Of a DNA stretch of 64,000 nucleotides, positions 53,739-63,032 are shown one piece after another. The notes under the pieces were generated by a model, which ran no database searches, was not told the origin of the DNA, and saw only the letters and a program-made list of their open reading frames with translations. The first letter of the stretch is position 1. Every line of letters begins with the position of its first letter. A program made the translations under genes and the position numbers. Origin of the DNA: an uncultured Verrucomicrobiae bacterium (GTDB lineage Bacteria > Verrucomicrobiota > Verrucomicrobiia > Chthoniobacterales > Terrimicrobiaceae); assembly GCA_963706955.1 (NCBI GenBank), contig CAVPOC010000003.1:32001-96000 (forward strand). Direction: 5' to 3'.

Positions 53739-53806
53739 AGCATCTGCTCAAGCTCGTCTCAAACTGCTCGCTGGATTATTTCGGGCGGGCCGATCATCAT
53801 TCGCCA

Positions 53807-54511
53807 ATGCTTGATGTCATCGAGAAGCTGCTCACCTTGCAGGATCGAGACCAGCGCCTTCGCAGCTTCCAAACCGAGATCGTCCACTTGCCCGAAGAGC
53901 GAAGGGCACGCGAAAAGCAGCTCGCCGACTCCGCCACTCGGCTCGAGAAGGCAAAAACCCGCGCCAGAGAGATAGAGATTGAGAAGCGGAATCTGGAAAT
54001 CGAAGCAGGGACCAAGCGCGACGCCATCGCCCGCTACAAGCAACAACAACTCCAAACGCGCAGAAACGAGGAATATTCCGCCCTCGCCCACGAAATCGAA
54101 GCTGCCGAAAAGACTGTCACCGCGCTCGAAGATCGCGAACTCGATCTCATGGAGGAACTCGAAACTCTCCACCCGCAAATCGTCGCCGCCGAAAAAGCCC
54201 ATGCCGAGGAACGCAGCAAAATTGAACACCTCCTGGCCGGGCTGGAGAGCAAAAAATCCAACCTGGAAACCCGGATTGCAGAACTCAAAAGCGAACATGA
54301 CCGGCTCGCCGAGCTTCTCGACGAAAGCGTCCGCGACGTCTACCTCCACCTCTTCAGAACCAAGCACGGGCTCGCTGTCGCCACCCTCGAACATGAAGTC
54401 TGCATGGGCTGCCACATGAAAGTCACCGCCCAGACCGCCGTCCAGGTCCGAGCAGCCAGAGGCATTATCCATTGCCCTCAGTGCGGCCGCATCCTCTACC
54501 TGCCCGCCTAG
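53807..54511 (+). CDS. Coiled-coil protein with C4 zinc ribbon (DUF164 / CT398-like)
   Basis: LLTLQDRD, long coiled coil, CMGC and CPQCGRILY. Confidence 0.88.
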   Translation: MLDVIEKLLTLQDRDQRLRSFQTEIVHLPEERRAREKQLADSATRLEKAKTRAREIEIEKRNLEIEAGTKRDAIARYKQQQLQTRRNEEYSALAHEIEAAEKTVTALEDRELDLMEELETLHPQIVAAEKAHAEERSKIEHLLAGLESKKSNLETRIAELKSEHDRLAELLDESVRDVYLHLFRTKHGLAVATLEHEVCMGCHMKVTAQTAVQVRAARGIIHCPQCGRILYLPA

Positions 54512-54669
54512 CCTCCCAAAAAACCTCAACTTTTTGCGTTGACACGCCAACCAAAGCCCTTAAAAACGCTGCCTTGAAAAACGACTGAACTGGTCGTTAT
54601 TAGAAAAAAGGTTGGAGCAGGGCAGGTGGTCCGCAATTTGCTGACCTGGCCCAAAACAAAGGAAACAAA

Positions 54670-56094
54670 ATGAAGGAAAAGAAAGTGCTCAGGGGTTTGG
54701 TGGCGCTGGGAATTGCGTGGAGTATTCCGGTGGCGGTGCAAGCGGGGCAGTCCTCGTCAGCAAGCGAATCGAAGAAGGCGGGATCAGCTCTGGAGAGTTG
54801 GTGGAACGGGAAGTATGCCTCGGGGAACTGGTTTGGCGTTCGCGACACGCTGGAAGACCATGGGTTGAAGTTGGGTGTGGAGTGGAAAGCCAATTTCCTC
54901 TGGAATGTCGATGGCGGTTTGCAACAGCGTTTCGGGTATGATGATGAGTGGAAATTCCGCGCAACTCTGGACTTTGCGAAGGCTACTGGATGGGAGGCCA
55001 TCGAGGGGCTGAGCCTTTACTCGGACCTGCGCTATCGCGGCGGAGCTGGCGTCAACAAGTGGGTTGGGGCGAGTAGCCAATTTGCACCGAGCACGTTCCA
55101 GGGCGGCCGACTCTGGCGCTTTCAGCAGGTTTATCTAACCTACATCACACCGGAGCTCTTCGGCATAAAGGAGTTTCTCACCCTCTCAGGCGGCTGGCAA
55201 AATCCGACCGATATCTTCATCAATCAGCCTCTAAATAAATTCTTTATCAACAATACCTTTACCTCCAATCGAGGAATTGGAGCGAACGGCATCGGGTGGG
55301 GCGGCAGCTACTCAGCGTGGGGTGGCTACATTAAGGTGAAGCCACTCGATTGGTATTACCTTCAGAGTGGTTTATACATGGCGATTCCGGACGCGAGCAC
55401 CCCGTCCAATCACGGCCTATTCTTTGCCGGTGCGCAACCTCCCGAGCGCAACGGTTTCTTCTGGCTAACCGAGACGGGTTTTACGCCGAAGATCGGGCCC
55501 TCCCAGCTTCCCGGGCGTTACGCGGCCGGGTTCATGTATTGGGGCGCGGACAACACCACCTCGTTTTTCGGCCAACCTTACGACCAACGACTGCTCTGGT
55601 ATTGGCAAGTGGACCAGCAACTTTACCGCGAACCCTCTCGGGAGTCTGCACAGGTCGTAGTGACGGCACCATCAGATGGCAAGTCGGTGACGGATGGTAA
55701 AAGCATTCAGGAGGTGAAGCCCTCGAAACCGAAGCTAAGTGAACAGGGGTTGTATTTCTTCAGCCTGATAAATTTTGCCCCAAAGTACAACAACGCATTG
55801 CCATTCTATTTCCACACTGGTCTGGTTTATAAGGGCTTGATTCCGGGTCGGGATCAGGACCAAGTAGGCGTCGCCTTCGCTTATGGCAATTACAGCTACT
55901 ACAAACAGATCGCTGACGAGGATAGAGGACGGACGCCGCAGATCTATGAAGCGGTGCTTGAGTTTGACTACCGCATCCAAGTGAACAAGTGGCTCTACGC
56001 CCAACCGGTGGTCCAATACATTATTCGGCCAAACGGTACGGGACTGGTGGAAAACGCCACTGTTCTCGGGTTCCAATTGGGCCTGATCTTCTGA
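54670..56094 (+). CDS. OprB-family carbohydrate porin
   Basis: Signal peptide, GNWFGVRDTLEDHG, GLIPGRDQDQVG, QPVVQYIIRP, terminal Phe. Confidence 0.88.
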   Translation: MKEKKVLRGLVALGIAWSIPVAVQAGQSSSASESKKAGSALESWWNGKYASGNWFGVRDTLEDHGLKLGVEWKANFLWNVDGGLQQRFGYDDEWKFRATLDFAKATGWEAIEGLSLYSDLRYRGGAGVNKWVGASSQFAPSTFQGGRLWRFQQVYLTYITPELFGIKEFLTLSGGWQNPTDIFINQPLNKFFINNTFTSNRGIGANGIGWGGSYSAWGGYIKVKPLDWYYLQSGLYMAIPDASTPSNHGLFFAGAQPPERNGFFWLTETGFTPKIGPSQLPGRYAAGFMYWGADNTTSFFGQPYDQRLLWYWQVDQQLYREPSRESAQVVVTAPSDGKSVTDGKSIQEVKPSKPKLSEQGLYFFSLINFAPKYNNALPFYFHTGLVYKGLIPGRDQDQVGVAFAYGNYSYYKQIADEDRGRTPQIYEAVLEFDYRIQVNKWLYAQPVVQYIIRPNGTGLVENATVLGFQLGLIF

Positions 56095-56308
56095 CCTTGC
56101 GACGCCAACCGTAATCGCCATTTCCCCATGAAAAGTTGCGCAATTCTTTGGCGCTCAAAACCGCAATTTTGCGCGCGCGGACCTTCCCAAGAGTGCCAGC
56201 TTCCCGGACCGTTTTGCCCTGGAAAAATAATCGTTAGGCCTGCGCATTAGCCATTGCAATAAATGAGCTTCCAATGTTTGGTGGCGACACACCAAAAAGG
56301 AGGTTTTG

Positions 56309-57103
56309 ATGGACTACGTGGCCGATAGCCAGATAACCGATCGATTCAACGCCGGTCGGCAAGATGTGCACGACTTGATTGCTCCCTTGATCGAGCTGTC
56401 GGCGCGATCGTCCTCGCTCATCGTCGGCTACGGCGCACCGGAAAACGGCGGTCGTAGTGAGATGATCCCGTATTTCCACGTCTGCGGGACGCCTGCCGAC
56501 AAGCAACCTCTGCGCGTTCTGGTGATTGGGGGCTGGGTCGGGACCGAAGTCATCACGCCCTATGCTATCGCGCGGCTTCTTGTCGCTTTGGAATCGCGCC
56601 TCCGTTTGGCGGCAGGAATCGAAATCACGGCCTATCCAGTGGCAAATCTCGAAGCCCATCGACAAACCGTGTTTCTAACTAGCAAGCAGCAGTCAGACGG
56701 AGTGGGCTGTTGGGAGAACTCCAAGTGCGATCACGTCCAGGTTCTCGAGCGCGAATTGGAACGCTACAGTTACGAAGCGATTTTCTTGTTACGCCAAAAT
56801 CCACGTGCCCTTGATGCTGATGTCGAAGCCTGGTTGGCGGAAGACGAACAAAAGGCGGCACTTTCCGACGCGCTCAAGCGCTACGCGTCGACCAGCCCAC
56901 TTTTCCGATGGCGGGCCAATCCGGTTCGTCCTACTTACAGCCGCACTTTCACCCCGATTCCAAATCGCGATCGACAGCCCGCCGAAATCATTATTGGGCT
57001 GCCGGGAGCATTGAATGCGGAGCAGCAAGCTCAGGAAAGCATGGCGCTAATCTTGAGCCTTTCTCACGCGATGCGCCAGGCCCGCGCCGAAGGCGTCCTT
57101 TAG
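56309..57103 (+). CDS. Hypothetical protein, distant M14 carboxypeptidase-like fold
   Basis: RVLVIGGWVGTE, YPVANLE. The usual Zn-ligand His residues are absent. Confidence 0.5.
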   Translation: MDYVADSQITDRFNAGRQDVHDLIAPLIELSARSSSLIVGYGAPENGGRSEMIPYFHVCGTPADKQPLRVLVIGGWVGTEVITPYAIARLLVALESRLRLAAGIEITAYPVANLEAHRQTVFLTSKQQSDGVGCWENSKCDHVQVLERELERYSYEAIFLLRQNPRALDADVEAWLAEDEQKAALSDALKRYASTSPLFRWRANPVRPTYSRTFTPIPNRDRQPAEIIIGLPGALNAEQQAQESMALILSLSHAMRQARAEGVL

Positions 57104-57113
57104 AAGGGGCGCT

Positions 57114-57174
57114 ATCGCGACGGTGTCCCCACCGTCGAGGATCTTCCCCAGCGGCGCTCGGACGCCGCCGCGAC
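57114..57174. repeat. Inverted doublet of REP-like palindromes (family B)
   Basis: ATCG-CGACGG-TGTCCCCA-CCGTCG ... CGGCG-CTCGGACGC-CGCCG-CGAC. Confidence 0.6.
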
Positions 57175-57216
57175 AACGCGAGCGGCGATGCTTGTCGCCG
57201 ATGATTCTCGAAAGCC

Positions 57217-57387
57217 TTAAAACTCGACGCTCCGCACCTTTACTGCAGTGCGCGAGTTCCCGTCGAAAGACGGATGGAGTGCAACTGCGTTCGAATCCAT
57301 CGATCCGTCCAGATTGACTCTCCCACCGCAGCCAGAGCAGGTGAGAATAAGAAAGACAAAGATCGAAGCAGCACCAACCTTGCACAT
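57217..57387 (-). CDS. Possible small lipoprotein or gene fragment
   Basis: MCKVGAASIFVFLILTCSG-C lipobox-like N-terminus, 56 aa. Confidence 0.25.
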   Translation of the reverse strand: MCKVGAASIFVFLILTCSGCGGRVNLDGSMDSNAVALHPSFDGNSRTAVKVRSVEF

Positions 57388-57509
57388 CGTGCGAACCCTA
57401 GCCGTACTGGAATCGATCTGTCGGCGCCATCGACAGGATGTGGACGATATGTCGAAGAAATCGAACAATATCGACATATGAGGCACCTAATGGTCCCATC
57501 ATCGACATA

Positions 57510-58592
57510 TTATTCGGTTAGGACCGCGAGAAGCGCCGGGTTTTTGTAGAGAACCTCACGACCCTGTTTCTCGGCGGTCAGAACTCCGACTTTCTCCAAT
57601 TCCCTAAGATATTCTGAAGCGGTCTGCCGTTTGGCGATGCCCGCTTCAACCAGGAACTGGATCTTGCAATAGGGCTGGGTAAAGACCAGTTCCACCAGTT
57701 CCTTGGAATAAACTTTGGAGGGGAGCCTGGCACGGCATCGAGCTAACGTTTGCTCAAAGAGATCGCGAATCGCCACGATGCGTCCCGTCGTCCACTCTGC
57801 AGTTTCTTCGACGGCCGCGAGCATGAAAAGCAGCCAATCCTCCCATTGAGCGCGTTCGGTAACCCCACGTAGCAGGCGGTAGTAATCCAGCTTGTTCTGG
57901 ATGAGGTGTCGGCTGAGGTAGAGAACCGGGATCCGGAGCAAGCCGGTCTGAAGCAAGAAGAGAATATTGAGAATGCGGCCGGTGCGGCCATTGCCGTCCG
58001 TAAACGGGTGGATCGCTTCGAATTGATAATGAGTGACGGCCATGCGCACCAATGGATCGAGCTCATCCTCAGCGAGCAGGAACTCCTCGAGATTGCGCAA
58101 TTTTTCGAGAACCACTGTGCCCCCGGTCGGCGGAGTATAAGTGATCGTCCTCGAGGTGGGATTGCCAACGTAGACGTTGTTATCTGTGCGGAAAGTGGCC
58201 CTTTCGTCCCGCAAAATTCCGCAAAGGTCTTTGAGGAGTTCCAAACGAAGAGGCTCTCGCTGCAAAGCCTCGCTTCCATGGCGCAAGGCCGTGCGATAAC
58301 GCAAGACCTCCTTCGTGGCGAGATCGGTGTTGCGACCCTCATCAATGGCGGCCTGAAAGAGGGCGTCCTGGGTAGTGACGATATTCTCGATCTCAGAGCT
58401 GAGTTTCGCCTCCTGGAGCGGAATGGCATTGATGAGAATGGCCTGATTCGGGATCAGGTCACCCGCTCCTTTGAGCTCGGCTAATGCTCGGTTCGCCGCA
58501 ACACACTTCTTCAACACAGCCCTGGTCTCCAATTCGCAGGCAGGGGGAAGCAGCGGCAGATTATTGTAAGGCTGCCTGGGATCGAAGCTCAT
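57510..58592 (-). CDS. fic: Fic-domain adenylyltransferase (class II, SoFic-like)
   Basis: HPFTDGNGRTGR, N-terminal inhibitory SSEIEN, C-terminal wHTH (KRQTASEYLREL). Confidence 0.93.
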   Translation of the reverse strand: MSFDPRQPYNNLPLLPPACELETRAVLKKCVAANRALAELKGAGDLIPNQAILINAIPLQEAKLSSEIENIVTTQDALFQAAIDEGRNTDLATKEVLRYRTALRHGSEALQREPLRLELLKDLCGILRDERATFRTDNNVYVGNPTSRTITYTPPTGGTVVLEKLRNLEEFLLAEDELDPLVRMAVTHYQFEAIHPFTDGNGRTGRILNILFLLQTGLLRIPVLYLSRHLIQNKLDYYRLLRGVTERAQWEDWLLFMLAAVEETAEWTTGRIVAIRDLFEQTLARCRARLPSKVYSKELVELVFTQPYCKIQFLVEAGIAKRQTASEYLRELEKVGVLTAEKQGREVLYKNPALLAVLTE

Positions 58593-58762
58593 GACTACAA
58601 CTTGGCGAAAGCGCTGAGAAAGTCCGATAAAAATTGCCGGCCACACGCACCAGAGACCGCCAATCGATCACCAACGCAAGGCGATCGCCGCGGACAAATG
58701 CTTTCAAAGAGCCCAAGGCTGGGCATTATCCCATCCTGCCGTCGTGAGAAACCGAAGCCAAG

Positions 58763-60095
58763 GTGGCAACTGAGAACACAAACGAGCTCCCGACGAGTAG
58801 CACCTCCGGGGTGTCGGTGCAGAAACCTACCTTTGTCGAAGCGCTGCGTTTCTGGCTCAAGCTCGGATTTGTGAGCTTCGGCGGACCCACGGGCCAGATC
58901 GCCATCATGCATGCCGAGTTGGTCGAGAAGAGACGGTGGATAAGTGAAGAGAGGTTTTTACACGCGCTGAATTTTTGCATGCTCTTGCCAGGACCAGAGG
59001 CGCAACAGCTCGCCATCTACATCGGCTGGTCTCTTCACGGAACGTGGGGCGGCGCTGTAGCCGGTGGCCTGTTTGTCCTGCCAGCGGCATTAATTCTCTG
59101 GCTCTTGAGCTGGCTCTATGTGGCGGCAGGAGACGTCGGCTGGATCAAGGCCATCTTTTACGGGCTGCAGCCCGCTGTTGTGGCGATCGTTGCCATTGCT
59201 ATTCTGCGAATCGGTAGGAGGGCTTTACGAATTGCTTTTTCCTGGTTGGTGGCAGCACTCGCGTTCGTAGCAATCTTTTTCTTCAAGACACCATTTGGGA
59301 TGATAATTCTCGCAGCGGCATTCTTGGGTCCCCTGGCCAGCCATTTAGTGCCCGGCCTGTTTTCGGCTGGAAATCATCACCACCCTTCGCCGAAACGTCC
59401 GCAGGAGCAAGATCGCGCGCGCGCGACGTGGCGTATGCTTCGCGTCGCCGCCATTTGTCTCGGACTATGGATTGCGCCAATTCTTGTTGCTGGAATGACC
59501 CGCGGGTGGACCGACATACTCGTTCAACAGGGGATCTTCTTCAGCAAGGCAGCGCTGATTACTTTCGGAGGAGCTTACGCTGTTCTTCCGTACGTCGCGC
59601 AGCAGGCGGTGGAACATTATCACTGGCTGAACACTACACAAATGATGGCCGGACTTGCCCTGGCCGAAACGACTCCCGGCCCACTCATCATGGTGCTCCA
59701 ATTCGTCGGCTTCATCGGAGCTTGGCAGAACCCCGGAGAATCTATCTCCACTGCTCGCAGCAACACTAGGAGCAGCCATCACTACCTGGTCGACTTTCCT
59801 GCCGTGTTTTCTTTTCATTCTCGTCTTTGCGCCATTGGTAGATCGTGTTCGGCATCTCCAGGCGCTTGATGCCGCTCTTTCAACGATCACCGCTGCCGTA
59901 GTGGGAGTGATCCTGAACCTTGCGGTATGGTTCGGTCAGCACGTTCTCTTTCCGCTCGGTCGGCCTGACTTCTATGCGATCTTCCTCGCCCTCTTGTTTT
60001 TTCTCGGGCTCTGGCGAGGCAAATGGGAGATCATCCCCGTGGTGTTCGCCGGCGGTCTGCTTGGCCTCGTCGGCAAATTGCTACTTGGCCTTTGA
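58763..60095 (+). CDS. chrA: Chromate transporter (long-chain CHR), frameshift near 59740
   Basis: SFGGPTGQ, LPGPEAQQ, TFGGAYAVL, ETTPGP, ITAAVVGVILNL. Confidence 0.9.
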
Positions 60096-60183
60096 CGATA
60101 AGTGTCGATCGTTTAGGGGGAACGGCCACGGCAAGTTGAGAAACTGCAGATGCGTTTCTACGAAAGGCCTGCGGCTTGGCGAA

Positions 60184-60206
60184 GACGCTTGACACAAGCG
60201 CCTGAC
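60184..60206. repeat. REP-like palindrome (family A)
   Basis: GACGCTTGACACAAGCGCCTGAC. Confidence 0.6.
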
Positions 60207-60263
60207 AACCCACTCGTTCCGGCTATCTAAGTCTCTTCCACTGTCGGCCGAGCGATCTGAAAC

Positions 60264-61634
60264 TTAGTTTTCCGACCTTTCGATCGCATTCGCCATCAGA
60301 TCGAAGATCTGAGTGTTGTCGAGAAAGCCGCGCACCTCTTCGCTTCCCGGTCCCTCACCCACAAGCCAAACGTCGCCCCCGGTATGCAATGCTGAGCTGA
60401 ATGGAAGAAGCGCCGGCTGCGCGTAATCGACATCGGTTTCCAGGATGGCTTCCTTGACAGAATACATTGGCTCTCCGGGGCGCGTGATGTTGCGAGTTCG
60501 TGTAGTGGCAGCCTTGCGATCCGCGCCCGGCCCGCTCGCCCAAGTAAAGTAACTTGTCCCCACGAGCGGATGCGTCCCGAGGAGACTTTCGCCGCGAAGC
60601 CAGAGCGGGGCCAGCGGACCGTTAAACGAGAATCCACCGGTATTGTGGTCGGTGGTGGCGAGGAGGAGCGTGTTCGCACCCAAATTTTTCCGCAGCCACT
60701 CGATGGTCGCATCGAGTTCGAGGACTTCGATAAACGCTCGTTTGGCGTGGTTCAAATGAGCGGCCTTGTCCGGCAGGCCCGCCTCGACCACCAGGAGAAA
60801 TGGTCGTCCCCGTGCCCGCAAGAGGCTCACAGCTCGCTCGACCATATCTTTGAGCCGTAATGTTCTCGTGCCATCTGCAAAAAACGGGAAAGCGTCCGCG
60901 TAGAAAACGCCGAGTATCGGTCTGACCGCACCGCCACCCTCCTCCGTGTAATTCTGAAAGTCCGCCCAATTCTGGAATACGGCGAGCGGTAGGTGCGCCA
61001 GCTTTTCCTGGGTCTGCTGCACGATGTTCCGCTCACCGGCCTTGTAGATCACAGTGGGATCCTTCACGCGATCAAAGAACCATTTTGCTCCTCCGCCGAG
61101 CACGATGTCCCAGCGCGCAGTCACCTGATCTATGATCTTGAAGGCAATAACCTCGTGTTGGTTGCGATTGGGATGCTCAACGAGAAATGCCGCGGGCGTC
61201 GCGCCGGTCACCGAATCATCCGTAACCAGGCCAGTGGACCAGTTCGCCTTCTTGGCAAGATCGAGAATACTGGGAGGTGATGAGGGGGCTCCTGGATGGG
61301 CCATTCCGATGACCCGATTGTCCGCCTTGATACCTCTGGCCAGGGCGGTAGCCGCCGCCCCAGAGTCAGTCACTATGTCAGAGCTGGAAGAAGTCCGCAC
61401 AAAGGCCGTGTGCGGAAACTCCTCCAAGGCAAGCCGACCTTCCGCGCCCAGAGAATAGGCGCGCGCGGCCGTGATCAACTCGAGCGACGTTCCATCGGCG
61501 ATGACCAGCACAATCCCGTCCAGTGTTGCCCGTGCCTTTGACGCCAGAACCGAGATGAGGAACGCCAGAACAAGGTACCGCCGAGCCGTTGCGCCTATCG
61601 CAGACACAGGTGAGTTTGGCGGCGACCAACTCAT
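60264..61634 (-). CDS. phoA: Alkaline phosphatase (PhoA family)
   Basis: IADG, VTDSGAAATA (catalytic Ser), ATPAAF, EAGLPDKAAH, TDHNTGG, HTGGDV. Start uncertain. Confidence 0.88.
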   Translation of the reverse strand: MSWSPPNSPVSAIGATARRYLVLAFLISVLASKARATLDGIVLVIADGTSLELITAARAYSLGAEGRLALEEFPHTAFVRTSSSSDIVTDSGAAATALARGIKADNRVIGMAHPGAPSSPPSILDLAKKANWSTGLVTDDSVTGATPAAFLVEHPNRNQHEVIAFKIIDQVTARWDIVLGGGAKWFFDRVKDPTVIYKAGERNIVQQTQEKLAHLPLAVFQNWADFQNYTEEGGGAVRPILGVFYADAFPFFADGTRTLRLKDMVERAVSLLRARGRPFLLVVEAGLPDKAAHLNHAKRAFIEVLELDATIEWLRKNLGANTLLLATTDHNTGGFSFNGPLAPLWLRGESLLGTHPLVGTSYFTWASGPGADRKAATTRTRNITRPGEPMYSVKEAILETDVDYAQPALLPFSSALHTGGDVWLVGEGPGSEEVRGFLDNTQIFDLMANAIERSEN

Positions 61635-61845
61635 CTTCGCCGCGGGAACCCAGCCCCCAATCCCCCCATATCTATTCTCATCATGATGATAGGTTCTGTT
61701 TATCGGCCGCTCGGAGACAAAAGTCCTGTGACAAAATCGCCACAATCGTCGGCGTACTCTCAGTGAGCGATCAACACCCCTCGCTTGGCGTTGTGTTGGC
61801 TCACGGCAGTAGAAGAAACTATGCAGCCGTAATCGGACGACCGTT

Positions 61846-61871
61846 GTAGGGCGCTTGGCACAAGCGTTTAC
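61846..61871. repeat. REP-like palindrome (family A)
   Basis: GTAGGGCGCTTGGCACAAGCGTTTAC. Confidence 0.6.
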
Positions 61872-61916
61872 AAGTCAGATTCATCGACGTTCCTATCCAA
61901 CAACACTCGAAACTGC

Positions 61917-62930
61917 TTACAATTCCAAAACAGATTCCAACGGGATGTCGGGATCAAGATTGTGCGCGCGGAGCCACTCGGAATTAAAGAGCTTGGACTG
62001 GTACTTGTGGCCTGAATCGCAAAGCACCGTAACGATTGTTTGACCTGGTCCACCTTGCCTCGCGAATCGCGCTGCGCCAACAATATTGATGCCGGAGGAA
62101 AGCCCGAGAAACAATCCCTCTTCGCGGAGGAGATGATACACAACCGTGAGCGCTGCCTGGTCGCGGATACGGTAGGCCTCGTCGACAATGATTCCCTCCA
62201 GGTTTTTGGTGACCCTCGTCTGGCCGATCCCCTCTGCATACGAATCACCGTCTTTGGTGTCGGTGTTTCCCTTACAGAACCACGACCACATCGCGGCGCC
62301 GAAGGGATCAGCGCACACGGTGGAGATCTTACGATCGCGTTCCTTGAGATAGAGCGACGTTCCTGCGAGTGTGCCTCCCGTCCCGACCGAAGAAACGAAG
62401 GCGGTGACCGCCCCGCCGGTCTGCTCCCAGATCTCTGGTCCCGTGGTGCGGTAATGTGCCAGGCGGTTGGCCGTGTTGTCGAACTGGTTTGCCCAAAACC
62501 ACCCCTTTTCCTCGGAGAGCCGTTGTGCCACCCGATTGTAGTTCCCCGGGTCGGAGTAGGGCTTCTCTGGAACGGTAAGAACTTCAGCGCCCAGCGTGCG
62601 AAGCAGCGTGATCTTTTCGGACGATTGCGTCTCCGGGATAACTATAACGGTGCGATAGCCCTTGGCATTTCCGATGACCGACAGCCCGATCCCTGTATTC
62701 CCGGCAGTGCCTTCCACAATGGTGGCACCCGGTTCTAAACGCCCGCGACTTTCGGCGTCGCTGATGATCCCGAGGGCAGCGCGGTCTTTCACCGAACCGC
62801 CCGGGTTCATAAACTCCGCCTTGCCCAGAATTTCGCATCCGGTCAACTCCGAGAGACGCTGCAGACGGATTAGTGGAGTGCGGCCAACATGGCCTTCCAC
62901 CCCATGGTAAATACTAGCGTTCGCTGGCAT
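61917..62930 (-). CDS. cysK: Cysteine synthase (O-acetylserine sulfhydrylase family)
   Basis: GRTPL, EFMNPGGSVKDR, EGTAGNTG, GTGGT, LCDSG. Confidence 0.9.
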   Translation of the reverse strand: MPANASIYHGVEGHVGRTPLIRLQRLSELTGCEILGKAEFMNPGGSVKDRAALGIISDAESRGRLEPGATIVEGTAGNTGIGLSVIGNAKGYRTVIVIPETQSSEKITLLRTLGAEVLTVPEKPYSDPGNYNRVAQRLSEEKGWFWANQFDNTANRLAHYRTTGPEIWEQTGGAVTAFVSSVGTGGTLAGTSLYLKERDRKISTVCADPFGAAMWSWFCKGNTDTKDGDSYAEGIGQTRVTKNLEGIIVDEAYRIRDQAALTVVYHLLREEGLFLGLSSGINIVGAARFARQGGPGQTIVTVLCDSGHKYQSKLFNSEWLRAHNLDPDIPLESVLEL

Positions 62931-63032
62931 GGCCACAGCGTCCAAAACGGAGATGACCCCGAGCGCAGATGACGTCTCCTTCCCCGAAATCAACTCGGTC
63001 GCGCTTGTCCGGAAATGGTGAGCTTTGGATCT

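Noticed and set aside
57510..58592. Fic toxin-antitoxin pair or mobile element
   Set aside because: The inhibitory motif is intramolecular (class II), and no antitoxin ORF, integrase or transposase is adjacent.
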